Positions 28,582 to 43,143 of a DNA stretch of 64,000 nucleotides are shown here, one piece after another (the first letter of the stretch is position 1; each line of letters opens with the position of its first letter). The stretch is from contig OX597827.1 in assembly GCA_951406725.2 (NCBI GenBank), positions 6,324,001 to 6,388,000 of the forward strand, read 5' to 3'. The DNA comes from Octopus vulgaris. Its lineage: Eukaryota. Under the pieces are notes generated by a model. It was not told where the DNA came from. It saw nothing but the letters and a program-made list of their open reading frames with translations, and did not search any database. A program made the translations under genes and the position numbers.

Positions 28582-28951
28582 CATCATCATCATCATCATC
28601 GTCATCGTCATCGTCATCGTCATCATCATCGTCATCATCATTATCATCATCATCATCATCGTCATCATCGTCATCATCGTCATCATCATCATCATCATCA
28701 TCATCACCACCACCACCATCATCATCACCACCATCATCATCATCATCATCGTCATCATCATCACCATCATTACCATCACCACCACCATCATCATCATCAT
28801 CATCGTCATCATCATCATCATTATCATCATCATCACCACCACCACCATCATCATCACCACCATCATCATCATCATCATCGTCATCATCATCACCATCATT
28901 ACCATCACCACCACCATCATCATCATCATCATCGTCATCATCATCATCATT

Positions 28952-28992
<41 letters not shown>

Positions 28993-28993
28993 T

Positions 28994-29026
<33 letters not shown>

Positions 29027-29030
29027 GTTG
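28582..29030. repeat. (CAT/CAC)n array with a 129-bp internal duplication
   Basis: CATTACCATCACCACCACC recurs 129 bp apart. Confidence 0.95.
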
Positions 29031-29828
29031 TTGTCATTGTCATCCCCATTATTATTGTCATCATCGTAGTTGTCATCGCTGTCGTTTTAATGAGAGAGCT
29101 TTTGAATGCAGTTATGATTGGACTGGCCCTTCTCAACCCCAAATTGCAACACTCAGCATGCTCCTTCACCATCTTCTTTGTGATATTCAACATCCTGAAA
29201 AAAAAAAAAGACTCCAGCACTTCTGCCCACATCTTCTTTGGTCTCCTTCTTACACAGCAGCTGCCTCCCAGTCACATCATTTGACACTTCATCGTCCAAC
29301 TATTGCTGGTGATATTCACCATATTTAACCATACTAGTGCAGCCTTCATTTGGAGAAAGAAACCCTTTCTTTACAACTGAAGAACATCCTGAACCTTTCT
29401 TATTCCATTGTTAATCTGGTACATATTTTAGAAAATTGTTTGATTGTTTTATATATATATATAAATAGAGAGTGAGAGAGAGATGCAGACAGACAGAAAG
29501 ACAGATCGATAGATATATAGACAGATACATATCTATCTATCTATCTATCTGTGCTAATATTCACCGGAGACATTTTTTATGTGGCTGAAGCCCAATGGAT
29601 CTATTTATAGTGCTAGAGTAGACCACATAGTGGTCGCTCTCTTATATTTATATATAAAATGTATGAAATCCGGGTTTCTTATATGCACTAAGCCACTAGG
29701 TGTTAAATGGATGTACTATTAAATTAGTATAAAAATTTCTCACCTTTATTGGTTGTTTATATATATATATTTTATTTTTATTTTATCTAGTTTCAGCTCA
29801 CGAGCTGTGGCCATGCTGGGGCACCGCC

Positions 29829-29864
<36 letters not shown>

Positions 29865-29915
29865 TTATATATATACGAAAGAAAGTTTGAAAATGCAATT
29901 TTAAAAGATGTTTAT

Positions 29916-29960
29916 TTACTTTACCGGTTTCACTCTTTGGAGAAAGATTGTCAAAAGTAA
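29916..29960 (-). ncRNA. Hammerhead-like motif, U3-A8 variant
   Basis: TTACTT-TTGACAA-TCTTT ctcc AAAGA-GT-GAAA-CCGGT-A-AAGTAA: 6-bp stem I, palindromic ACCGGT, GUA site; two extra nt before GAAA. Confidence 0.45.
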
Positions 29961-30100
29961 CATGTAGAAGTTTGGTTGCGTTGATTATTGGTTGTTACAA
30001 ATTGCTACATTACTTATATACGGTCTTTGGTAACAAGCTACAACTTCACTTTGTTATATATATATATATATATGTGCATGTGTATGTATAGATATATATA

Positions 30101-30151
<51 letters not shown>

Positions 30152-30365
30152 ATGTATATGTATATGTAAGTTCTTCCTCTGAGGAAGGAGCTGGTTTCTA
30201 GCAAAGATACAAAGCTTCATTTATAGTATGTAGATAACAAAAACAATGTCATAATTTAAAGTTGAGAAAAGTCTTGTATGTTTTTACTGTTCCACTTGCA
30301 GATTGTATTTGTAATGTGTGAGCTAGTTGATTTCTTTTTCTGAAAAATCCTGGCTTATTCAAATT

Positions 30366-30403
<38 letters not shown>

Positions 30404-31073
30404 TGTGTGTGTGGGTAGGCAATGGTATTTTTTTTTAATGAAATTTTTGTGATATAGGTGTTAAAATTGTTTTAAAACCCAATACAATGTAAGTTGGAAC
30501 TAAAGTAAATGCAGAAATAAAGAATGCAAAACAGTTTAAATTTTACATCATAGTTTGAGATTTTGATGTTAAAACACTTCTTTCACAAAAAAATTTGTTC
30601 AGATATATGGGAGACAAGCTTGTGTTATGTGCCTACTGGTATCGTTATAACAGCCAGTCATCTTTGTGCCATTCATATCTATTATTGATAGCTGATTTTC
30701 ACTTATTAATGAAGATGTTCTTCTTAATCCTGAAATTACCAATATTCAGCTCTGTTGCTTTGACAGTAACATTTATGTGTTGTGTATGGCATTTCTCCAG
30801 GTGTTTCTTTACTGTATTTATATGAACATATTCCTTAATGTGAATATGCAGCTTGCCAATATAGTCTTTCTGATGTAGGAGTTGCTGTTTTTATTACAGA
30901 CAACTTAATATACTACACAGGCCTTTAAACTCGCACCCCTATTATTGATGAGGCAGTTGGCTAGCATGAACATTTCATTTCTCTTCCTTGGACGATTCTC
31001 TCACAGGAATTTCTTCACGGAGGGACTGGAGGGTACCATCTTTATGTCGAATTATGTGTCAGAGGACCAAACT

Positions 31074-31114
<41 letters not shown>

Positions 31115-31260
31115 CAGACAATTAAGGCTGGTGAGCAGAACATAAGGGAAATATCCAAGGGACCTTAAGTGGATTCATAGAGGATGGTGTTAAATATAAT
31201 GTAGCCAATACAACAGCATAAACACAGACACATATGCACACACACACTCACGCACACACT

Positions 31261-31291
<31 letters not shown>

Positions 31292-32459
31292 ACACACACA
31301 CATATACACACACACATACACACACACGCACACATGTATATACAAGGGTGCTGAGAATTTCCTAGCTCTGGGGAAAAGAAAATACAGGAGTATCAGTTAA
31401 TTATGATATTCAACATATTCCCCACTCAGATTCACACACTATTGCTGTGGTCCTTAAGTTTTTCTAAGCTCTGTGAGTGAACCAACTACTAGCTTCCTTT
31501 TGGTATCAGGCTACTAGAGTTTTACTTAAAAGGCTCAGTGGTGTAGCTAGAGAGCGTGCACTTAAAACAGCTCTTGACTTTTCCCCCCGTTCCTATATTG
31601 ACTTATGCAGCAGACCCAAAAGTACTGCCCCACCCCATAAAAACGTTCCCGTGAGGTGAACCACCCTCCCATCTCTGCCACCCTAGCAAAACTTTGGTCA
31701 AAACAATGCTATGTTAAAAACAGCTTCCCAAAATGATAAAGAGTGAGACTGAATGTAAAACAACAGAGTTGTGAAATAAACCTCTTAACTGCAGTGCCAA
31801 TTCTGATATTGTTGTTTTGTTTCTCTCCAATTAAACCCTGAGAAAATAGACTTATGATTCAAGGACTCCCTAATCACGACCATCCATGTCTTCAGGAGTA
31901 TCTGACACTCACATTTCTTAAGAATGTAGGGTGTAATTCGTGGGAGATTTGAAGGTTGTAATCCCTAATAGTCTTAAGGTTTTCTTAAAGGCTGATGTGA
32001 AAGTATATTTTGTGTATAATAGGTATATCATGCAAACAGTTTGTCAGTATGATTGGAAAGGTGATGGAAGATAGAGAGAGAGTGAAAGGAGAGAAAGGAG
32101 AGAGAGAAAGAGAAAAGGGAGGGATGTTTTGTGTTTGTATTAATGTCTGTTTATGATAGAATAGTAAATAAATGAATAAAACAAAGATAACAAATTAACA
32201 AAACAACATTAAAAAACAAGAGGATATGTATTAGATGCAACAAACAAGCACGTATAATAGTTGACAGCAAATGATGACTCACTGACAACTGAAGAAGAGA
32301 AAAACTTAAGAAAAATGTAATGGATGGATAACATTCTATAGAACTAATAACAGCTATTAAAAACAACAGCAACATTGAAAGCAATAACATGAATAACAAA
32401 TGGCATAACAAAGTGATGGCCGATTGTCGGTCGATTTCATGTATAAAAAGTAATAAGTT

Positions 32460-32822
32460 TATTTGAGATAGTTTCTTTATTAAAATAAAATGTACATCAA
32501 TACAATTATTCGTTTATCTTAGAAATATAGAAAAAAATTTTTTTTTTCAAAAATTCATAAAAAAATTTCCATAGCAATAACAACAGCACAATTCATTGAG
32601 ATATGTAAAATAACAGTCTTAAGAATAGAAATGAAAGCAAGAGATTTTTAAAATGCTTAAAGAATGTTTGGTCTTTTTTATGTGTAAATATTGTCAGTGT
32701 TCTTCTGTGTGCATGTATGTTTGTGTGAGATGCACACATGCATGCACACACATATTTATGTACATATGTATGCATATATATATACATACATATATATATG
32801 CATGTATATATATGCATATATA

Positions 32823-32866
<44 letters not shown>

Positions 32867-32874
32867 TATATATA

Positions 32875-32939
<65 letters not shown>

Positions 32940-35322
32940 AAGGAAAACATCAAAAAAGCTTGTTTGCTATATGTGTTGAAATATTCAAAGAAATCTATAA
33001 AATACATTAGTCAGAGGTATGGTAAGTACAGATGCCATACAAGATAGCTACTCAGTTATTTCATTAGAAAAATGCTTATTTATACCATACTTAAACTATC
33101 CATATAATGAATAATAAAAATGAACTGAGGGGAAAACAACTTAAGAAGACCAATGACATAAATTTAAATAAATTTGTTAATGGATTATGGATTGAAATAT
33201 GTTTAGAAAAATTTCTGAATTATTTGAAATTTCTGTTTTAGTAAGAAAAAGAAAAGTGAAAATAATTTGGAAAAATTAGCAATTAATTTTGCATAAATAA
33301 TTTACATGCAAGATGAACCACATCTTTGCTTGCTGACAAGGGGCAGTAATAGACATATATTGGTCTTATAGAACATCAACATATATTAATCAATTCAAGC
33401 CTGTTTTGATCTTTTGACTATAGTTTATGCATGACCCCCTAAAATTATTTACATAACTTCATGCTATTAATCCATTAGAGATATTTCTTTAATTCCATTT
33501 GGTTTTTTATAAGTCTTTTTCTAAATATAAAACTACTGTCAAGTCATCAAAGCAGGTCTGGGCAGAATATACTATGTTGCCAAAGTTCAATAAGCCTAAA
33601 ACATGCTCATAGCCACCTAATTTACTGTAAAAGCAAAAGGATCGAATTTTTGTTCCCCTTAAGCATGGAAAGAAATTTTGTGAAATTAATCCTTAATTTC
33701 TTAAAATTATTTCTCCTTTTCTTCCAGAGTTCCTTGCGATTACTGCCAAACTTTTGTTTCTGAACAAAGGAAAGTTAGATTATTTGAGAATATTTTGTTA
33801 TGAAGTCATTCAGTGCATTTACCTTTAACTTATTTATCAATTAAATCAGCTGATAGAAAATTGATTTTGTAATTAAACAAAGATTTAATGTCTAATGATT
33901 GCCAGTAATCATGAATTGTACATGGAAATCTTTTATGAAATTAGATCATGTTCTTGGTTTTGTACACATATGTGAATAAGCTTTACTATATACAAAATGT
34001 AATATCTTCATGTATATGTATGTATATGTGTGTGTGTGTGTATGTGCATGCATGTTTGATGTATGTATGTAGAGAGAGAGGTGGGGAGATCTATCCATAA
34101 AAATATATACATATTTACAAATATGTACATATATAAAAAACGCCAACCCATTTATATATATATATACATATATATACATACACACACACACACACACACA
34201 CACAATATATATATATTTACAGTATGCATATAAACATATACCAAATAACTTTGAACTAAATAGCAATCTCCTTGAGAGAACCATGTAAGAAAGTGAAAAC
34301 ATTTTGCCTAGATAACAATCGAATTTATAGAACGTAGATTGCTCTAAGTGTCAAGGATGTCGATCTAGGCTAAAATGATGGCATCAGCCATGAAATATCC
34401 AAAGAAGGCTTGATAGAAATAGACTCATGTATTTCATTTGAAAGCGTTTCTATTCCCGCAGAAATCTGGCTGGAAATGGTACAAACCACTCACTTAAATT
34501 AAACTGTCATGTTCTAGATATCATTCTGAGAAAGTATGTACTTTCTGATTGTATGTATGCATTAATGTGAGAGACTTGTAAGCTATAACACTGAAAGTAT
34601 ATATCTGTATACACATATATTTATTATATAGTGCTCAAACAACAATTAGCTTTAGTCTCAAAAAAAAAATTCAATGATGTATGTCATATATAGATCGGAA
34701 CAGCATGAATCTTGGCAACAGTATCAAGTCCACTGGACTCCTCCTACATATTAATGTTCATATCAAATCTGAAGCTGTCCCTTACTTGAACCACAGTTCA
34801 TTTCTCAACTGTCCAGTTATTGCTTGCAAATGCAGTCACATATTTCCAGCTAACAAAAATGGAGGTAAGTGTGGTCATCTGCTGCCATAACCCATCTGTG
34901 AGTAAGATAAATGAGAATGGTGTATTCTAAGATGCTGTTACTCACACCACACCATTATTGTATTACACCATTATTTCTCGGTGTATTGTCCGTTTTTAGA
35001 GGGAATATTTCTCAGCAGAACTTCTTTTATTTGTAGCATGAAGATAACCAGTGACATTTTTGGCATTATTTTCTATATTTATTTGGAAATCCTAGACGTC
35101 CCTTTCAATGAAATGTTCATGATAAAAACTATTATAAGGGAACTGGAATTCATCAAACGTATGTACATATACTCACACACACCAACACACGTACATGCAC
35201 GCACGCACGCACACAAACACATATATGCACACACATATAAATATTGCATACATACCATTCATATAAAAGTATATATACTTATGAGTGACTCTGTGTGTAT
35301 GCGTATATATATACATGTGTGT

Positions 35323-35359
<37 letters not shown>

Positions 35360-35977
35360 CACATATATATATGCATATATATAAAAACACATATAAGCAC
35401 ACACATACATATTTATATATAGGTGTGTCTATATGCATGACTCTTGAACACCTACATACAGATATCTTCAAGTACAATTCTGTAGATGTTTATTAAGCAG
35501 CATCATACCAATACTCATGCATTCTGATATGTATGTGTGTGTGTGTATGTGTGTGTGTCTGTGCATGCATGGGTGTGTGCATGTATGGATGCATGAGTGT
35601 GTGTGTGTGTGCATATCTGCGTATATATCTATGTACAAATATATACACACATACAAACAAACACACATACAGAGACACACACACACACAGACACACATAC
35701 AGACACACACACACATAGACACACAGACACACACACACACACACACACACTTATGTATTTCTGTAATACACTCCTGTTGCTCTTGAGAAATATTAATTTT
35801 CTCCTAGCTCTTATTCAGTGTTTCACATGCTAATTCCAGAGTGAATAGAGAACTGCACAGATATAAAGAATATGCACACAAAGTGTCTATATTCGAATTT
35901 GTAGAGATTTCACTTTGCTTTCGAATGTAGCTCAGTTAGCTCATGTGTGTGTGTGTGGGTGGGTGGGTGTACGTGTT

Positions 35978-36015
<38 letters not shown>

Positions 36016-36209
36016 CATATATATATGTATTGTTGGATTGTATTAATGCAATAATGTGTATAATATAAGAAGCATACAGTAATTAACAGCTGAGATTGAT
36101 GTGCTAAAACAATTGTAGTGATTTGTAATAATGCCTCTTCATGCCATCTTCTCAGATTAAAATTATCTTGCACTTATCTATCTATCTATTTATATATACA
36201 TATGTATAG

Positions 36210-36304
<95 letters not shown>

Positions 36305-36732
36305 TATGCATGTGTATATCCTTTATTTGTGAATTAACAATGCTACCAATGGTTACATGCAAATTTTTGCCATTTTCAAGCATTACACTTAAGTATGTTG
36401 ATAATCCATTTCCATGTTTGATGAAGCCTCTGTAAAGTCTCATATAATCATTTATAGCTTCATCCAACAAAGTAACAGGTTACCAACATTCTCAAGAGTA
36501 ATGGTTGAAAATCGCGAAGGTTTTGCATGGAGTCATTGGTAGTATTGTTTATCCCAAAATAAAGAACATTTTTATCTATTCCTCAAAAGCAGTGTTAAAC
36601 ACTCTTTCTTACAGTTAGCCACTATCATATATATATATATATATATATATACATACATATATAATATACTCACGAAATATACAGTTCTCCACATGCATGT
36701 ATATGTATGTATATACATATATAATATATATA

Positions 36733-36791
<59 letters not shown>

Positions 36792-37752
36792 TCGATATCA
36801 GCAAAGGTGGGTACAATGAAATTGCCATGGGGAGTAGAAAATTCACTGTTTGCCAAAGAGGTGCATCAGGCATCAAAGTAAGAGAGTTGGCTGCTAGAGT
36901 AAATATTAAATGGATTCAGAAGGTTTATATGGAGGAATAAAAATAATGTATGGCTGGTTTGTTGGTTGGTTGGTTGGTTTGTGGTGAAGACGGTGAAATA
37001 GGAAGGAAATTGAGAAGAGTACATATAAACAATCCTTAGTTGCCCATGTCCTTATCAACTGTATACCTTCATCACACACACACACACACAATATCTATTT
37101 AAACACCAACACAGTTTACTGCATGATCAACATGCGTTGGTGATAATTTGATGTTGTTGCAATCACCTTGCATTTTGTTTGAATGAAATATTGAACTGTT
37201 GCTATAATTGTGTTGGAAATCTCTACCCTTGCTTCAAGTGATTCTCAAAAAAATAATTATGAATTTACTAGTAATTATTAAACTAATATTTGGAACATAA
37301 ATTAAAATGAAATTTTAATGGAAGGTTTTAAATTATATCACTTTTATCATGAAATTTTGTATCAAAGAAACAAGGGTTGTTTTAAACAAGTTGACAAAAG
37401 TGTTGGGCTCTACACCCATATTGAATACTTTATCAGTTCACGTTACCAGGTATTTCATGATTTCTTATCACTATACGCTTCAAGTATATGCTATACCTTG
37501 GTTGATTATCACTTATAGTTTTACCAGCTGCATTATGGCTTTCCAATCTATATTTATTTTAATTTTCATTGCTCTAGTTTCTTCTATTGAGCCATTTGTA
37601 GATTTTGCACTGAATAATCACTGTGATGAATTTATGTGTATGTATGCATACATATCTAATATGTGTATATATGCATGTGTGTGTACATACATATATATAG
37701 ATATATATGTATGTGTGTATATATATATATATTTTATATATATACATATACA

Positions 37753-37814
<62 letters not shown>

Positions 37815-37975
37815 GAAACACACAAACACACATGCACACACACATTCTTCACACCTACACACAAATTAGTAAGCAGTAAAAAAAAAGCACATTAAAAGAT
37901 ATCAAATGAGCATTTGTGAGGTATTAAAGTTTAGGATGTGAAAATATTTCTTTGTGTGTGTCTGTGTGTGTGTGT

Positions 37976-38020
<45 letters not shown>

Positions 38021-38573
38021 TGTGTACATGCGTGTGTGTGTGTATGATCATATGTAATGTAAAAAAAATTATTGGTGTAATATAATGAGCAATGATGATT
38101 AGGAGTAGGTAACTGAGATAAGGATGACACACTCACTTACCTTCAGGGAAAAATCAAATGAAAGAACACCTCCTAATCCAAATAATTCATCATTTTTCAT
38201 ATATACATTTATGTACACACACACATATATGTGTGTGTGTGTGCATGTGTGTGTGTATACATATGCGTGTGTGTGTGTTTATATATATATATATGCATAG
38301 TGATGTGAATACATTTACATCTTCACATGTAATGTGTGTGTGAGTATATATATATATATATATATATATGCATATATATAAGTGTGTGTGTGTGTGTGTG
38401 AGTGTGTATATATGTATTCTGATGTGAATACATTTACATCTTCACATGCGTATATGAGTTAAATATGTGTGTGTAAATGTGATGAAAAGAATTCAAAATC
38501 TAAGATTAATTACAACATGTGTGTAAAGTATGTAACTTTGTATATAGATATGAACTGACATATGTATATATAG

Positions 38574-38624
<51 letters not shown>

Positions 38625-38693
38625 AATATTAGACACATATATATATATATATATTTATATATATACACATACATATATACATATGTATATATA

Positions 38694-38725
<32 letters not shown>

Positions 38726-39178
38726 ATATATATGTATGTGTGTATAAGTGTACAAACACACAGTCCCACACAGGTATAAATGCAGTTATATTCCTATCTG
38801 TAGAAATGCTTCAATACGTAAGTATTTATATATGAAAGAATATCTGCATTTATGTATATTTCCTTTGTTAACATTTCTGTATTTTCTCAGACATATTTAT
38901 TCATAAATATACATCTCCTATTTTTATATATGTACACACATACCAAGTGCATTATGCTTGTGCACAATATACATACATAGTAAATATATATACATATGTA
39001 TATATATATATATATATATATCTGTGTGTATATTGTAAATAAATTGTAGCTGTCTTTCACCATTAATTGTCTCTGCTTTTCATAGTTTACTCACAGCTAT
39101 TGTCATATATATGTGGGTACTCATATATAATATGAACTTAAACTTTTGTGTCTATCCAGGAGAAAAAAGAAATTCGTT
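32460..39178 (-). other. Probable long (~6.7 kb) 3' UTR of the protocadherin
   Basis: No recognisable SINE or TE in this span, unlike both flanks. Minus-strand AATAAA at 32481-32476 is followed by U/GU-rich sequence. Confidence 0.4.
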
Positions 39179-39447
39179 TCACGTTGGTGAGTAAGGTAAT
39201 TTTGGTAATGCAGGTAAGGGTTTGATATAAGAAGTGAAACTGTTCTTTGTTGGTAAATTCCATGGTTGGGATGATATAGAACTTGTTCCTGTTACTCTGA
39301 TGGACTTTAGATCAATTACATCATTGCATGGAGTATTCTGACCAATTTTAGTTGGGTAACAGACCTTGACATTTATGTTAGAATCCCTGGGAAGACTAGA
39401 TGTCTTGCTTGAGTTCTGTGGTTGTTCAATTTGGCATAATTTGCGAC
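39179..39447 (-). CDS. Protocadherin last coding exon
   Basis: Acceptor cattttcttcAG|GT is phase 1, matching the previous donor. 88 further open codons end ...SSQPWNLPTKNSFTSYIKPLPALPKLPYSPT-TGA (stop 39181-39179). Spliced product inside the window is 918 aa. Confidence 0.88.
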
Positions 39448-39701
39448 CTGAAGAAAATGAGCTCTCTATAAGACACTTTCAGAGAAAAAATTGAGTAAAA
39501 AAATTAAAAAAAAAATAACAGTCTACTTTCTAGTTTAATTATTGCATAACAAATGGCTACATATATTCAACAAAGTACTGACAATCTAAATGTAAAGATG
39601 TGCTTTTAAAATTAAATTAACTTTTGCTTAAAACTAAACAGGAAAAATTTGCATAAATGAATTTCAATATATTCATTAAATTTATTATTATTATTATTAA
39701 T

Positions 39702-39772
<71 letters not shown>

Positions 39773-40223
39773 CGTTGTTAATGTAGCATTACTATTATTA
39801 TTATCATTATTATTATTATTGTTATTATTGTTGTAGTTGTTGTAAATGTTGTTACAAATATTAATGAAATATGAATATTGCCTATTTTGGAATGCAAATT
39901 TATGTAATATTAATGTTTTATTCATGTCATTTCTTGATTGATAATAAACAAAATATTTTACATTTCTAAATAACATACACACAAACAAAAAAAAATAAAA
40001 TGAAAAGAAAATGCTTTAGTTTATTTTAATTAAAAATTTCAATTTATCAAATTTTTATTTCAAGATATAATGAATTAAATAGTAGAAAGTTTATTTTCCT
40101 ATTAAATATTTGCCTTCAGAAAATTTATATCTTTCTTTTTTTTTTTCTATGTAATTTTTAAGTTATTTTATTTTATTATTTTAATGAAAATATATCTGAG
40201 TAAATATCTCTTTTATTACATAC

Positions 40224-40368
40224 CTAATAATTCTTGATAAAGTTGAGTGTTTCCCTCTTTCTGGCCTTGTCCTTTATCAATATGAGAAGACATAGATTTT
40301 CGACAGAAATCATCTGAACTTGCTATCATATGTCCTTCTCTACCAATGTTAGAAGCCACAGTTGCCGC
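40224..40368 (-). CDS. Protocadherin cytoplasmic exon (145 bp)
   Basis: Acceptor cttcttacAG|GCG is phase 0, matching the upstream donor. Encodes AATVASNIGREGHMIASSDDFCRKSMSSHIDKGQGQKEGNTQLYQELL-G. Donor TAG|GTATGT is phase 1. Resembles, from memory, the cephalopod Pcdh tail block D.G.G..EG....Y.EL.G. Confidence 0.85.
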
Positions 40369-40632
40369 CTGTAAGAAGTGGGCAAGAGATAGCAATATGG
40401 AGCCATGAAAAAATTTTTTTATATTATGTTCAGCTATAATTTTAACAGCATCCAGTATAATAACCATTCACTGTATTTAATTGATTAATAACTTAAAAAG
40501 AAAGAAAACAAAAACAATTATTATTCTATAGAAGTAATAATAATAACAATTATCAAATAAGATAATAGTAGTAGTAGAAGTAACCATAATTAATCATGAT
40601 GTTTAATAATCATAATTATATGATTAATAATC

Positions 40633-40666
<34 letters not shown>

Positions 40667-40689
40667 TAATGATAATAATAATAATAATG

Positions 40690-40744
<55 letters not shown>

Positions 40745-40746
<2 letters not shown>

Positions 40747-41300
40747 GCCCTGATGTAGTACCAAGCAGTGGCTTTCATGGTTTCTGATCTTAACTGATTG
40801 GAAGTGTTATCATGTACATTGTTTTGTTTTGGTATAAAAGATGGGCTACAGCAAATATTCTGCTCAATACCACAGATTTGCTTGTCAGTTGTTTGACCTT
40901 AACCAGTTGACCATGTCCTTTGGTGGCTTACGATATGTACATCTTTGATCACAAGCAGAAGTAGTGGGGAAGCATCATAGCCTTGTGTTGAAAGGAATTC
41001 TTGGAGGTTTGGATAATTCACCTTAGGAAACATGGGGGATTCGTTCAACATCCTTAATCTTTATTCAGGGACCTTTTGAGCGGGATGGGCTACTCAACCA
41101 GAAGAAAATTGTAACTGAGCCCCACCTGCAAGGTCATGCACCATTTATCTTGATATGAGATCACCCTGTCGCGCACATATGGTTGCAATGCATGTGCCTG
41201 GTGTACCCTTATCAGACTGGTACTCATGAGGGGCATACTGAGCTTCTTATATTTTACCCAAGTGTCACTTTGATGACATGCACTGCTCTCTCTCACTCAA
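40745..41300. mobile_element. ~550-bp (AAT)n-flanked interspersed repeat; inverted relative at ~24980-25650
   Basis: Shared blocks such as GTTGTTTGACCTTAACCAGTTGA and CATGCACT.CTCTCTC in opposite orientations. Confidence 0.7.
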
Positions 41301-42538
41301 TAATGATAATGATAATAATAAAGGGTTTCAATTTTTGGTACAGGCCAGCAATTTTGTAGGAGGGGTAAGTTGATTACATTGACCCCAGTGCTCAACTGAT
41401 ATTTATTTTATCAACCCTGAAAGAACGAAAGCTCAAGTTGACCATGGTAGAATTTGAACTCAGAACAAAATGCTTAGTGGAATTTTGTCTGGTCCCAAAA
41501 ATTTCACTAAGCATTTTGTCCAATGGTCTAACGGTTTTGCCAACTTACTGCTTTATAATAATGATTTCGAATTTTGGCTCAAGACCAGCAATTCTGAGGA
41601 AGGAATAAGATGATTACATCAACCTCAGTTCTCATCATCATCGTTTAACGTCCACTTTCCATGCTAGTATGGGTTGGACGATTTGACTAAGGACTGGTGA
41701 ACCAGATGGCTGCACCAGGCTCCAATCTGATCTGGCAGAGTTTCTACTGCTGGTTGCCCTTCCTAATGCCAACCACTCCGAGAATGTAGTGGGTGCTTTT
41801 ACGTGCCACCTGCATGAGAGCCATCAGGCAGTACTGGCAACGGCCTCACTCAAATGGTGTTTTTTACATGCCACCTGCACAGAAGCCAGTCCAGCAGCAC
41901 TGGCAACGACCTCACTCAAATGTTTTTTCATGTGGCCAGTCAGGCAGTACTGTACTGGTACCTGTTTTATGAACCCTCAAGGGATGAAAGGTAAAGTCGA
42001 CCTCAGCAGAATTTAAACACAGAAAGTGAAGATGGACAAAATACTGCTAAGCATTTTGCCTGGCATGCTGACGGTTTTGCCAGCTCAGCACCTTATCACC
42101 ACTTTATTATAATGATTAAGATAATTATTTCAAGATTTGGCACAAACCTTGAAATTTTAGTTGGAGGTGGGTTGGTTGATAAAGTCGCTCTTCTCCCCCA
42201 GTACCTAACTGGTACTTATTTTATCAATCCTGAAAGGAGGAATTGACCATTGTGAGTTTTGAGCTCAAAATGTAAAGAGCTGGAAGAAAATGCTATTGAA
42301 CATTTTGTACTGTCAGCTCATCACCTTTAATGGTTTCATATTTTGGCACAAGGCCAGTAATTCTGAGGGAAGAGGATTAGTCAATACCATTGACCCCATT
42401 ACTTTACTGGTACTTTATTTTGCTGACCCTGGAGGAATGTAAGGTTGAATTTGAACCCAGAATGTCATCAGTCAAAAGAAATACAGCCAGACATTTTAAC
42501 TGAAAATCTCTTGGATCTGTCAACTTATCAGCTTGATG

Positions 42539-42580
<42 letters not shown>

Positions 42581-42894
42581 GTTTCTGATTCAGCTACAAG
42601 GACCAGCAATTTGAGGAGGGGGAGATCATTCTATTTTATCATCCTCAATAAAGAGGAAAAGCAAAGTTGACCTTGATGGGATTCGAGCTCAAAATGTAAA
42701 GCTAGAACGAATACTGCAAAGCATTTTTTCCAAAACTCTAATGATTCTGCCAACTTGCTACACAAATAATAATAATAATAACAATAATAATAATAATAAT
42801 AATAACAATAATAATAATAATGATAATAATGATAATTATAATAATAATAATAATAATAATGATAATAATAATAATGATAATAATAATAATGATG

Positions 42895-42925
<31 letters not shown>

Positions 42926-43112
42926 TAATAATAGCTATTTGACTTGACAACTGCTAAATGTTTGAATAACAGTTTAAGTAAATTAAATAAATGTAATAAA
43001 ATAAATATTATATATATCTGTGTATATATATCTATGTATGGTACTCTTGTTGAAGGTTGTATATATGTATATACACACTCATATATATGTATGTATATAT
43101 GTATAAATCGTT

Positions 43113-43143
<31 letters not shown>

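Noticed and set aside
25761-29328. Poly-Ser/His/Met ORFs
   Set aside because: (CAT)n arrays with no splice or domain support.
39225-39255. WIRS motif in TKNSFTS
   Set aside because: Lacks the bulky hydrophobic residue two positions before S/T-F.
40369-40467. N-terminal part of ORF 40216..40467
   Set aside because: Lies upstream of the acceptor; intronic.
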